A stretch of 62,603 nt of DNA from NCBI GenBank assembly GCA_003151375.1, contig PLXI01000234.1, forward strand, positions 1 to 62,603, in the 5' to 3' direction. Origin of the DNA: Hyphomicrobiales bacterium (GTDB lineage: Bacteria; Pseudomonadota; Alphaproteobacteria; Rhizobiales; Aestuariivirgaceae). Position 1 is the stretch's first letter. Each line of letters begins with the position of its first letter. Position numbers and translations under genes: made by a program. The notes under the pieces are model-generated. The model worked only from the letters and a program-made list of their open reading frames with translations, ran no database searches and was not told where the DNA came from. Below, in pieces: positions 37,035-45,721 of this stretch.

Positions 37035-37631
37035 CTAGGCCGGAGTCATTTCAGCGTGGCGAATAAGCAATTTTGCAAGCGCCATAGCTTCGGGCGGTGG
37101 CAAACCTAACCAAGCAACTGGCTTACCAAATTGAACGCGCACAATTCCGTCAAGCTTATCGTAATAAACCGCCATTTTAAGTTCGCCCTGATCTGAATCG
37201 TCCAACTTGCCCATGGGGAACTTTCCAGTGGCCCCAATTTCGCGTTTGTTCCAAGGCTTAAAATCTTTGAGTGAATCAATGGATGGCCACGTTCCATCAA
37301 AGGTCAATGCACGGTCATCAATCGTGATGAAGGCCGCTGGCTTCTCGGTGGGCCATTTGATTGAACCCCAAGCGCCGTGGTCAAAATCATGTGGCATTCC
37401 GTGAACTTCATCCACCGACCAGTAGCCAAGCCACTGTTGCATCGCCCCAAGACCGCCAGGCTGACAGGACCGTGACGAGAAAATAGCGACAGTAAAGTGC
37501 TCCATAGCAGCCACGATGAACTGCAAGGCTCCAGATACTGGCGGATCAGGGATCACGTCCGCGCCCTTCCAGCCGCTTGCGTAGCTATGGATCACGCCAT
37601 CGAAATCAAGGCATAGAATTGGTTTGTTCAT
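37035..37631 (-). CDS. HAD-superfamily phosphatase-like protein with extra C-terminal domain
   Basis: LCLDFDGVIHSY (DxDG), IFSSR, KP.A...IDDRA; followed by a GATG.FP.GKL...D.GEL..A domain. Confidence 0.75.
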   Translation of the reverse strand: MNKPILCLDFDGVIHSYASGWKGADVIPDPPVSGALQFIVAAMEHFTVAIFSSRSCQPGGLGAMQQWLGYWSVDEVHGMPHDFDHGAWGSIKWPTEKPAAFITIDDRALTFDGTWPSIDSLKDFKPWNKREIGATGKFPMGKLDDSDQGELKMAVYYDKLDGIVRVQFGKPVAWLGLPPPEAMALAKLLIRHAEMTPA

Positions 37632-37711
37632 TGATATTTTCCTTTTATGGATTGCTAAAAAGTTGACGTTTTATATTCCGAAAATTATTCCGGGCGATAT
37701 GTGGCGGACTG

Positions 37712-38539
37712 TCACAGCCCCGCTTCCGGCTTCCATGCCGGATGTTGATTTGATTGCTTCCAGAATGACGGCTCATCCCCACGCATGAGCATTAGATGAG
37801 CCAAAACATCATCAGTCGGGCACATAGCGCCAGCCCATGAACCAGCATAATATGCAATCGGGTGAAGGCAAAGTGCGCAAAGTATCTTCATCGCTCCATT
37901 CACTTCTTTTATGGCGACCGTTGGTTTCAAGCGCCGGAACATATAACTCACGCCGCTGCGCTTCGATGTTTCAATGAACATTCCCGTCAGCATGTATTGC
38001 CGGAATTGATGGTGGTTGACCAATGCCGCCAGTGTTTTGACGGCGTTACTTTCTTGCTCAATGCCCCAAGCCTGACTGCACATTAGGGTATGCAGGTCGT
38101 AATCAAAGTGATGGCCACAGCCCACGGCTCCCCATTCGATGGATCCATCGGCGTTTTGCCACACTAAGATTTCACGGCGTTGCTGGGTTGACCAGAAACT
38201 ATTGCGCATGATTTCGCCATTGTCCTGAACGACTTCTTCTGGCGATCCGATCTCGCTCAATCCTTTGCCATTCGGAAACTTAGGCTCAATGATCAACCGT
38301 TGCCCTTCCAACGGCATCGGAATGCCAGCCCAATCGCCTCGCAGTTCGGCGATTTTCCTGATTCCATTGCGAAGATCCGAATGACTATCGAGCGCGTTCA
38401 GAAGCGCAAAGTCAGCCGCCCGCTCGTCTTGGCACGGCAACTGCTCTGGTTGATTCTGCCGCGAGGTTTTTCTTTGATGTCTTTTTAAGGCGCGTTGCTG
38501 GGCGCGGCGCTGGCTCATCTTCGATTTGTGACTGCTCAT
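37712..38539 (-). CDS. Hypothetical protein with Cys/His motifs (start uncertain)
   Basis: QF.QY.LTG.FIETSKRSGVSY.FRR...ALCLHP...MCPTDDVLAHL...DE..FW..SNQH; 5' end overlaps the upstream gene by ~128 nt. Confidence 0.7.
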   Translation of the reverse strand: MSSHKSKMSQRRAQQRALKRHQRKTSRQNQPEQLPCQDERAADFALLNALDSHSDLRNGIRKIAELRGDWAGIPMPLEGQRLIIEPKFPNGKGLSEIGSPEEVVQDNGEIMRNSFWSTQQRREILVWQNADGSIEWGAVGCGHHFDYDLHTLMCSQAWGIEQESNAVKTLAALVNHHQFRQYMLTGMFIETSKRSGVSYMFRRLKPTVAIKEVNGAMKILCALCLHPIAYYAGSWAGAMCPTDDVLAHLMLMRGDEPSFWKQSNQHPAWKPEAGL

Positions 38540-38807
38540 TTTCCACTTCCGTTTCATCTGCCTGTTGTGCGGTGATCGGATCAAAGTCTGCGATTATGTA
38601 TTCGCATTTTTCCTCGTCAAACTTTTCGACACGCTGGAATGCTTTCACACCATCGCGCTCAACTTCTACCATCAGAGCGTAGCCTCGGCGGATCATGTCA
38701 GCGACAATTCTTGCCGCCCTGATGCGCTCGGCTGGATTTGATTTGTCGAACGATAGCTTGGTGTCGCCCGTCCCGACATTTAGAATTCCGACTTGGCCTA
38801 TGTTCAT
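38412..38807 (-). CDS. Hypothetical protein ending in a C-terminal diglycine (…AVAVPRRAGG*)
   Basis: 131 aa; GGAGG SD; coupled to the upstream HNH gene. Confidence 0.75.
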   Translation of the reverse strand: MNIGQVGILNVGTGDTKLSFDKSNPAERIRAARIVADMIRRGYALMVEVERDGVKAFQRVEKFDEEKCEYIIADFDPITAQQADETEVENEQSQIEDEPAPRPATRLKKTSKKNLAAESTRAVAVPRRAGG

Positions 38808-39241
38808 TTAAACCTCCTAGGCGGCACGCGCTTACCAAGTGCAGCCATCTTTGCCAAATGCGCGGCCTCACTTTTTGATGTGCCAGTGTGGGCAATCGGC
38901 TGGGGCTTGGGGCGTTGCGGGAATGGCTTTTTCTCTTTCTTGATACCAGCACCGCTCTCATCGAGACGCTTGGCCTTGTTATGCTTCCGAACATCGTTCG
39001 GGGTTTTATGCTTGTGATGGGGACGGCACACATGGCGGCCTTCATCAATATCCTTGATCTTGGTGCGGGAAATTGCCGTGGCTATAACATGATCGAATTC
39101 TTCGGCTTTGGCTTGGCATGTTTCGCCAGGCTTCATACCATAAAAGGCTTCAGTGCCGCCCATGCCGGCCTCGCACACGTCTTTCGACCGCTCGCGCATT
39201 TCCCGCATTTGGGTCTTGGTGAAGTTATGCCGCTTAGCCAT
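38804..39241 (-). CDS. HNH-like nuclease
   Basis: CE...C....EEFDHVI...VCRPHHKHKT. Confidence 0.65.
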   Translation of the reverse strand: MAKRHNFTKTQMREMRERSKDVCEAGMGGTEAFYGMKPGETCQAKAEEFDHVIATAISRTKIKDIDEGRHVCRPHHKHKTPNDVRKHNKAKRLDESGAGIKKEKKPFPQRPKPQPIAHTGTSKSEAAHLAKMAALGKRVPPRRFK

Positions 39242-39446
39242 GTATCAGTGACTTTTTCGCCATTTGCTTAACCCTGCGCGCACATTCACGCTTGCCTTGG
39301 TGGGGCAGATATTTTGAAGCGTGGGTGTTATACAACACGCGCGCCAGTCTTGCAGGAACCACGCGGGCCCGTTCGGCTAAGTGGTGCGGAAGCTTTCCGC
39401 CGTTCTTTGCCAGCCACCGTTTAGCGCGAGCCATATGTTTATTCAT
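39234..39446 (-). CDS. Small basic hypothetical protein
   Basis: SKY.PHQG.RE.ARR motif; AGGAG SD. Confidence 0.6.
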   Translation of the reverse strand: MNKHMARAKRWLAKNGGKLPHHLAERARVVPARLARVLYNTHASKYLPHQGKRECARRVKQMAKKSLIHG

Positions 39447-39474
39447 TGCGAAATCTCCTTTGAAAATACATCTT

Positions 39475-39512
39475 AAAAAAAGGTGAGGCTAATCGAGGGT
39501 CTGCCTCACCTT
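39475..39512 (-). terminator. Rho-independent terminator downstream of recT
   Basis: Minus strand AAGGTGAGGC...GCCTCACCTT followed by a T-run. Confidence 0.7.
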
Positions 39513-39623
39513 CACATTTCTCTGAAATCTGGTGCTACTTCATCTTCATGGCCGCCTCCTGTGTTGGAGAGAGAACCATCGATTTTGGATTTCAAACTCT
39601 CTCTCTGGGAAAATTCTTGCATA

Positions 39624-40703
39624 TCACAACTGATCCAAGTCCGCATGGCGCTTGGTGAGCGCATCACGAACCTCGGCGGCGAAGGCAAATGGCAGGTCGT
39701 TGATTTCGGCGGTGTGTTCATTTTGCCATTCTTGCAACTTCACCGCATCGGATTCATAGGCGATATATTTAAGCAGGTTAGCCTTGATGATTTCAGGCGC
39801 AACGGGCGGATCGGGGAAAATTTCACTCATAGGGACGTGAACCTTTTTACCATCGTCATTGATGGTTGCTATACCAATCCCAAATTTAGCAACATCATCT
39901 GCCACTTTTTGGTTTTCATTCGGGTCTTCCTTATTAACAAAGGTTGCCCTGACTGCGGCAATTGTCGCGGCTGGGTTCTGGCCATGATTCGGCTCCATCA
40001 CCTCACCTTCCACATGCTCAACTTCCTCGGCATCGTTCAAGAAATTCTGGACTTCCGCCTTTGGCGTCACGTCGCGCATGGCCAGCACTTCGTCACGGTC
40101 ATAGACACCGAGCAGGATTTCAGGGAAATAACGCCGTGCCATGGCGCGCATGGAATAGTAATAAAGTTGTTGGCTCGGCTCCGATCTCCAAAGTGGAGAG
40201 TTCTTTGGCCAAATGCCCACATAGTTCGGGCCGGGGTCTTTAACTTCGGTGCCAAGGCTCTTGCCAATGATGGGCGATGTGTAAGTTATTTCCTCGCCGC
40301 TCTCGGCATGATGAACCGTGATGGTGCATTTGAGGTCGGCACCCTCGCCTTCATAGACTGGCTTCCAGACCTTTTCTTTGACTGGAGCCCATTTCTTAAT
40401 CACGGCAATGATAAGCTGGGCCTCAAAGGCAAGCTGTTCATTGACCGCATAGCTTTTTGACGCAACGCCCCACGGGTCCATTTCCCATGCCATGGATTGC
40501 TGGATAACCCGCAAGCAAGCGCCAGGCTGGTCGCGTAAATGCTTCGGCACGGCCACGCCGCCCTTGCACATCATCTGCGCAAATTCGACCACTTGGCCGA
40601 ATGTTTCAGGCATCACGCGCCCGCCGTATAGGTTGAGGTCCATCCCCACCTTTTCGCCACGCCTCAATGCGGGCACCGTCTTGCCTTCAATATCTGACAT
40701 CAT
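39624..40703 (-). CDS. recT: RecT-family single-strand annealing protein
   Basis: VPKHLR.QPG.CL....Q...W.MDP..VA.K.Y.VN..LAFEAQL...NSPLW...P.QQL.Y...R..AR..FPE.LLGVY..DE. Confidence 0.88.
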   Translation of the reverse strand: MMSDIEGKTVPALRRGEKVGMDLNLYGGRVMPETFGQVVEFAQMMCKGGVAVPKHLRDQPGACLRVIQQSMAWEMDPWGVASKSYAVNEQLAFEAQLIIAVIKKWAPVKEKVWKPVYEGEGADLKCTITVHHAESGEEITYTSPIIGKSLGTEVKDPGPNYVGIWPKNSPLWRSEPSQQLYYYSMRAMARRYFPEILLGVYDRDEVLAMRDVTPKAEVQNFLNDAEEVEHVEGEVMEPNHGQNPAATIAAVRATFVNKEDPNENQKVADDVAKFGIGIATINDDGKKVHVPMSEIFPDPPVAPEIIKANLLKYIAYESDAVKLQEWQNEHTAEINDLPFAFAAEVRDALTKRHADLDQL

Positions 40704-41987
40704 TTATTCTCCTTTAATTTGCCCGTCCTCAATTATTATTCCGCTGCCGGTGCCATCCGAAACACTTTCAACCCAAACCTGAAAATCACTGCCCTTGGCC
40801 ATATCAGCAATGACCTTGAGAGCGTCACTGTCCAGCAACGAACCTTCCTCAATGCGGATCACCCTGATATCGGGGTTCATGGCCATAGCCAGCGATACAG
40901 AGGTTTTGATCTTTTGCGAGGTGGCCGCCTGCCCAAACGGCACACCGTCAATCAGGACTGATTCTTCACCAAGGCTCAAGCCTTCGACGGGGAACTTGGC
41001 GGCAGCAATGGCTGTGCGTTTGTGTTCCTCGCGGGCCTCGATGGCCTCGGTAAGGGCTTCGGCGGCCTTTTCATGGCGGGTGGCAGTCTGGAGCAATTCG
41101 TCACGGCGTTCCTGTTTTTCGGCCTCGGCATTGGCCGCATTTGCGTCTGCAAGGGCTTGCGCCAGCTTGGCAGTGTCCAGAGGTTCTGGAAGGGTTGGAG
41201 CGGCTAAAAGCTTGGCCTGTGTTTCATTTGCTATCTTTTGATGGCTTTCAATCTGAGTTTCGGCGTCTAAAATCAGATCCGTCCAAGTATTTATCTGGCC
41301 ACGCAGATTTGCGATGGCCTTATCCGCTGAGACGACTTGAGACGCAGCTTGTTCACGGCGGGTTTTGCGCTCGGCAATGGCCTGATTGTGTTCCGAGGCG
41401 CGCCCAATATCAGCCGTGATCTGCGCTGTATCAACCCGCACCGCTGGCTTGTCTTTGGCATCAATGGCGCCAGCCGCCGCGCGGGCTTCCTTGGCCTTGC
41501 GGTTTTCAACAGTGCGCAATTCGTAGTCGTGAACGTCTTTTTTCTTAATGTCGTCGAGGTCGAGCCCCGGCACCAAGAACTTGAGAGCATCAAATTGCTC
41601 TTTTGGCGACATGCGAATGAAGGCCATGGGATCCAGCGAGAACTTGCCCAGCAATCCATTGAGCAGGGCTTGCGGCTTTGAGGCCTTCATGCCGTCTGGC
41701 GTTTCAACCACAAGAGTCGTGGTGAACGGCTCACCGTCTTTTTGCGTCATCTTGCGCGTGACGATATAATCGCCCAGATCAAGGCGAATGATTGCCTTCT
41801 CGGAGCCCTTGCGCACCGGCTCCGCTGGCATGTTTTCCACGCCGCCCAGAGCTGCCCACATTGCATCAATGATAGATGATTTGCCTTGGCCATTGCGGCC
41901 AGAGATATTCACCACGTCGCCATTGGGCTTTATGTCCACGGCCTTGAGGCGTTTGAAATTCTCGGCTTGTAGTTGGATAATTCTCAT
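40704..41987 (-). CDS. SMC/Rad50-like AAA ATPase
   Basis: ENFKRL...GRNGQGKSS Walker A, long coiled coil, C-terminal IRIEEGSLLD; GAGG SD. Confidence 0.88.
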   Translation of the reverse strand: MRIIQLQAENFKRLKAVDIKPNGDVVNISGRNGQGKSSIIDAMWAALGGVENMPAEPVRKGSEKAIIRLDLGDYIVTRKMTQKDGEPFTTTLVVETPDGMKASKPQALLNGLLGKFSLDPMAFIRMSPKEQFDALKFLVPGLDLDDIKKKDVHDYELRTVENRKAKEARAAAGAIDAKDKPAVRVDTAQITADIGRASEHNQAIAERKTRREQAASQVVSADKAIANLRGQINTWTDLILDAETQIESHQKIANETQAKLLAAPTLPEPLDTAKLAQALADANAANAEAEKQERRDELLQTATRHEKAAEALTEAIEAREEHKRTAIAAAKFPVEGLSLGEESVLIDGVPFGQAATSQKIKTSVSLAMAMNPDIRVIRIEEGSLLDSDALKVIADMAKGSDFQVWVESVSDGTGSGIIIEDGQIKGE

Positions 41988-42061
41988 TGGTTCCTCTTAA
42001 AGTTATCGAAAAATAATAAACACAACGTTGCCGATTTACACGGCTTGCTTCCCTTTTTTTC

Positions 42062-42237
42062 TAACACTCAATTGGGTAGCGATCCCACCTGATGTTTTCT
42101 CGGCATGAAGCAAAGGCACTATCGTTCACCCTGAGAGTTTTCCTCTCCGTTGTATCGGGATGGCTGCGATCTTGCCGCATACTTCCCAATCTCTATATTT
42201 CACAAGCCAGCATTGCTTTCCATGCGGTGGAGTGTCA
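42062..42237 (-). ncRNA. tRNA-scaffold structured RNA 2 (more degenerate)
   Basis: Minus strand: TGACACTC-CACC-GCAT GGAAAGCA ATGC...TGGG ATCGCTA CCCA-ATT-GAGTGTTA; same arm order as 35979..36182. Confidence 0.45.
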
Positions 42238-42453
42238 CAGGTCTTTGGGCAGTTTCTTCACAAACTCAGCCCAGAACTGTTGCGCATGTCCAAAGAGTCC
42301 TAGCCACCGATTCATTGGAAATGTCTTTTCAAAGTTCTGACATTTGCAGTCCGCCTTAATCACTTGGCAATCGTTTGCGAGGTCGGCATAGGTGTGTAGA
42401 AAAACCTGCTCTTTGCATCGCGGGCAATTAAAGACGTTGGGGCCTACAGCCAT
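42235..42453 (-). CDS. Small Cys-rich (possible zinc-ribbon) protein
   Basis: CPRC...CKC; overlaps the end of the recE-like gene. Confidence 0.5.
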   Translation of the reverse strand: MAVGPNVFNCPRCKEQVFLHTYADLANDCQVIKADCKCQNFEKTFPMNRWLGLFGHAQQFWAEFVKKLPKDL

Positions 42454-43412
42454 TTTGGCATATCTTCTTCTGCAATCACGAAAGGCTCATCCAAGTTCAC
42501 CCAAGCATCGGTGCCGAACTTGGCCATGCAATCAGAATAATTTGCCAGTGCTATCTTGCAAGCCACCCTGCCGCTTTCATGCGCAGGTGAGCCGTTTGAG
42601 ATTTGATAGGATTTGGCAACGGGCATTCCATCCGCCTTGAAAAAACAAAAAACCCATTGCGCCTTTTCGGCAAATGCCGCTTTCAGCCATGCGTCATCTG
42701 GCCGTAGAGTGTCAGCAAAGATCTTGCCAGCCGCGACCAATTCCGCCGCAGCCTCATGTCCATTCAGATAATGGGCAGTTTGGATGTCATATCTGTAGGC
42801 AAACAGGTCTTGCAGGACAGTTTGATCAAGGGTTTTGATGCGGTCTTTGCCGCGAAAGCTCTTGAGATCAACAATGACCCGCCTTTTCAGATAGTCAAAC
42901 CGAGCCTTGCAGGGCACACCGTCTTGATGCCAGAACACCGAAACTTCTGGCCAGCCGCCGACAAAGGCTTGTGTCAAATTAGGGTTTTTCAAGATCATCT
43001 GGCTAGCGATCGAGATTGCATTGTGGGTGGTTTCTGATAGGAGATTGACCTTGTATTCGCTGGCCACCATGGCTTCATTATCGGCCTTGAGTTTGTGTGG
43101 ATTGCCGCCCTGTTCCTTAATCCAAGTCTTTAAACCCTCGGCGGAAACACTATCTCCAAGCTCACCTTCGACCTTCACATAATCTTTGATAAACGCCTGT
43201 TCACCGTATAAAATGCGGTGATGCAGGGCGCGGCCATAGGCTTGCGCAGGTGATGAGGTTTTGATCTCACGCATGGGGTTCATGTGACTGTCCCACCAAT
43301 AATCTGAGGGTGAGGCGTAAAGCTCTTTCATATTGCTGGAACCCAAATAGGGCGTTGCGTGATAGGTAGTTTCGTCCAAGCCAAAATAAATTCCATCTCC
43401 AACAAATTCCAT
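42444..43412 (-). CDS. RecE/exonuclease VIII-like PD-(D/E)XK nuclease
   Basis: YH....LGSS..K...G.ALH...EVSVFW....VPCKARFD...IVDLKS...Y..Q.A.Y; ATG 43412 with AGGAG SD. Confidence 0.88.
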   Translation of the reverse strand: MEFVGDGIYFGLDETTYHATPYLGSSNMKELYASPSDYWWDSHMNPMREIKTSSPAQAYGRALHHRILYGEQAFIKDYVKVEGELGDSVSAEGLKTWIKEQGGNPHKLKADNEAMVASEYKVNLLSETTHNAISIASQMILKNPNLTQAFVGGWPEVSVFWHQDGVPCKARFDYLKRRVIVDLKSFRGKDRIKTLDQTVLQDLFAYRYDIQTAHYLNGHEAAAELVAAGKIFADTLRPDDAWLKAAFAEKAQWVFCFFKADGMPVAKSYQISNGSPAHESGRVACKIALANYSDCMAKFGTDAWVNLDEPFVIAEEDMPKWL

Positions 43413-43540
43413 GATTTTTTCTCCTGTGGGGTTATGCGGCATTGTGTCCCACCTAGCACAACGAACAGATTTAATCGTTGTGGTAATTTGTCGCAGAGTG
43501 TATTGATTTCCATGTTCAACCCAAATCACAGGAGAATTCC

Positions 43541-44155
43541 GTGGTGAAATCCGCACGTCTAAAAAAGCAAACTATTCACAAAGACCAGACACAACCCGGC
43601 CCAGATCACAACGATCCATAGGGCCAAAATGCTGACGAATTTCTCTATCACGTTGGCATGATTACGGCGGCCAAGGCCAAGGTCGAAGCCGTCAAGAAAG
43701 GCCTCAAGGCGGCCAGACGCGCAGCGCTGGACTCAGGCTACAATCTGGGCGACCTCGACGAGGCAATGGCCATGCGCGAGCAAGAGCCAGAGACGGTACA
43801 GGCAACCATCATGCGCAAAGCCCAATATGCGTTTTGGATGGGCATCGCCCCTGAAATCAAGCAGGGCGATTTGTTTGCCTCTGCCGATGTGGGCGAAGAT
43901 ACAAAATGGTATGACGAGGGCCGCGAGGACGCGCTTCTTGGCCTGCCATGCAAAGGCGAGCGTTACGACCTAACGGTGGATGCTGGGCAGGAACGGCAAC
44001 GCGGCTGGGAGGCTGGCCACGCCCGGCGCACCGAATTGCAAGAAGCCCAGCTTGAGCAGTTCAAGGCCAACGCCAAAGCCGAAAAAGACAAGACCGACAA
44101 GCGGGCCGCCAAGGCCGCTGAAAAGGTCAAGGAAGCCGAGGCGACCGTCAATTGA
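43541..44155 (+). pseudogene. GapR-like DNA-binding protein interrupted by an in-frame TAG at 43619 (or shorter CDS from 43658)
   Basis: GGAG SD + GTG 43541 is in frame with 43658..44155; PGPDHN N-terminal motif and QGDLF; the internal ATG has no SD. Confidence 0.55.
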
Positions 44156-44781
44156 CCTACAGCGTTTTAGCACTAGACCAGTCGATGACCTCGACTGGTT
44201 TTGCTCATTACAAACATGGGGACTCCACGCCATCGTGGGGTCTTAAAACCTATCCGCCATGGGAAAACGATGAAGGCAAATACCTCTGGAATTTTTTCGA
44301 GTGGCTTGGTCATATGTGTGTTGACTTAAAAGTCACACATTTATTTGTCGAGGACACTAGATTCACATTCAAGAATGAGCCAGGTGATGGGCCCCGCAAA
44401 CACGAGGAAACCCTCACCCAATTGGTTGCCTCTATCGGCCTTATACAGCAGGCGGCAATCGTTGCCTATAAGCTTGGAGAGCGTGGACAGCACATCGAGT
44501 TTCAGGCGGTTAGCCCGATAGATTGGCGGCGATTGTTTCTCGGCGCCATGCCTAAGCCGGGCGGCATCCTACCGCAGGACTGGCGTAAAATTCTCAAAGA
44601 GGCCGCTGTGTCACAATGCCACAAGCGCGGCTGGATAATTGAGAGTAATGACATTGCAGATGCTCTTGGAATTCTAACTTTCGGGATTTGCACGATAGAC
44701 GAGAGTTTCAGGCATTTCCAAACACCTCTTTTCAATCGGGCCGAGGTGGCAATCGACAATCGAGTTAGGGAGTTAAAGTAA
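44152..44781 (+). CDS. RuvC-like Holliday junction resolvase
   Basis: VLALDQSMTSTGFA...FVE...WR..F.G...K...NDIADALGI. Confidence 0.8.
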   Translation: MTYSVLALDQSMTSTGFAHYKHGDSTPSWGLKTYPPWENDEGKYLWNFFEWLGHMCVDLKVTHLFVEDTRFTFKNEPGDGPRKHEETLTQLVASIGLIQQAAIVAYKLGERGQHIEFQAVSPIDWRRLFLGAMPKPGGILPQDWRKILKEAAVSQCHKRGWIIESNDIADALGILTFGICTIDESFRHFQTPLFNRAEVAIDNRVRELK

Positions 44782-44972
44782 TGCTTAAAGTTCAACAGTT
44801 GCCCCATCGAAGCCCAAAATTTGCGCGCGTTGTGCATTCCGTTCGACTTGATATTCCAGTTTCTCAAAAGGTTACAAGGCTGGCAAGGCTGGCAAACAAA
44901 TCGGACTCTTTTTACCTGTCCGAAATCATTGAAAGGGCTATGCGTGAGCAAGATAAAGACTATCGCCAATAG
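44781..44972 (+). CDS. Ribbon-helix-helix-like small regulator
   Basis: SVRLD......V..LA.....S.S..L..II..A pattern; TAATG coupling. Confidence 0.5.
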   Translation: MLKVQQLPHRSPKFARVVHSVRLDIPVSQKVTRLARLANKSDSFYLSEIIERAMREQDKDYRQ

Positions 44973-45156
44973 CGGCTCAATCGACATTTTGGTGTGCCCT
45001 GAGTGCGATCTTGTTCATTTGGTGATTTTTGATGAAGCTGGCAACGCCCAGTTCTCAGCGCCCCTTTCAGATCACGAATGGGACATAATCTTTATTGAGG
45101 TCACGTCTCTTCGGGCGAAGCGAAACAACGCCAATCGGTTGAAGAAAAATGACTGA
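44944..45156 (+). CDS. Small hypothetical protein (CxxC...H)
   Basis: GTG 44944; VCPECDLVHL. Confidence 0.5.
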   Translation: MSKIKTIANSGSIDILVCPECDLVHLVIFDEAGNAQFSAPLSDHEWDIIFIEVTSLRAKRNNANRLKKND

Positions 45157-45721
45157 GTTTGCCGACCTGCCGCGCAACCACTTTGGGGTAATTGCCGCAG
45201 ATTGCCCGATGAGGTTTAAAGCTGGCAAGAGCAATCGCTCCATCGAGAACCACTATCCCACCATGGCGCTGGCCGACATAAAGGCCATGCCTGTCTATGA
45301 ATTGGCGGCCGACAATTGCGCCCTCATGCTCTGGACCTCGCCGCCGTTCCTGAAACAAAGCCTCGCTATCATGGAAGCGTGGAAATTCCGCTTCGTGTCG
45401 ATTGGCTTCACATGGCTAAAACTCAAGCGCGGACAGGCCGATCAAATGTTCATGGATAGAGACGTGTTTGTTTCGCTGGGCCACACCACCCGCAAGTCGT
45501 CGGAGGTTTGCCTTCTAGGCAAGCGCGGACGGCCGCCACGCCTCAATAAGAACGTGCAGGAGGTGATTCTGGCCGCCCGGCGCGAACACAGCCGCAAGCC
45601 AGACCAGTTCTATGACCGATGCGTGAAACTCTATCCCGGCCCATATCTGGAAATGTTCTCACGAACCGACCGACCAAACTGGACGACCCATGGCAATCAA
45701 GTGGGGAAGTTCAACACATGA
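45149..45721 (+). CDS. MT-A70-family adenine methyltransferase (atypical DCPM motif)
   Basis: HYPTM...I..MPV..LAA..C.L.LW...W.K...LGH.TRK..E.CLLG.RG...REHSRKP...YLEMFSR...W...GNQ. Confidence 0.85.
   Translation: MTEFADLPRNHFGVIAADCPMRFKAGKSNRSIENHYPTMALADIKAMPVYELAADNCALMLWTSPPFLKQSLAIMEAWKFRFVSIGFTWLKLKRGQADQMFMDRDVFVSLGHTTRKSSEVCLLGKRGRPPRLNKNVQEVILAARREHSRKPDQFYDRCVKLYPGPYLEMFSRTDRPNWTTHGNQVGKFNT

Noticed and set aside
39483-40460. 325-aa plus-strand ORF and other long shadow ORFs (e.g. 3358..4098, 31767..32222, 52234..52950)
   Set aside because: They lie antisense to well-supported genes and show no motifs or RBS
42128-42150. Glycine riboswitch-like GGAGAG...CTCTCAGG on the minus strand
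   Set aside because: The two motifs are joined by only a 5-nt loop and the CCGAAG core is missing; it is a simple hairpin
43619-43621. Genome-wide TAG recoding
   Set aside because: TAG terminates several well-bounded genes (7745, 20898, 33079, 59388, 59846) and no suppressor tRNA was seen
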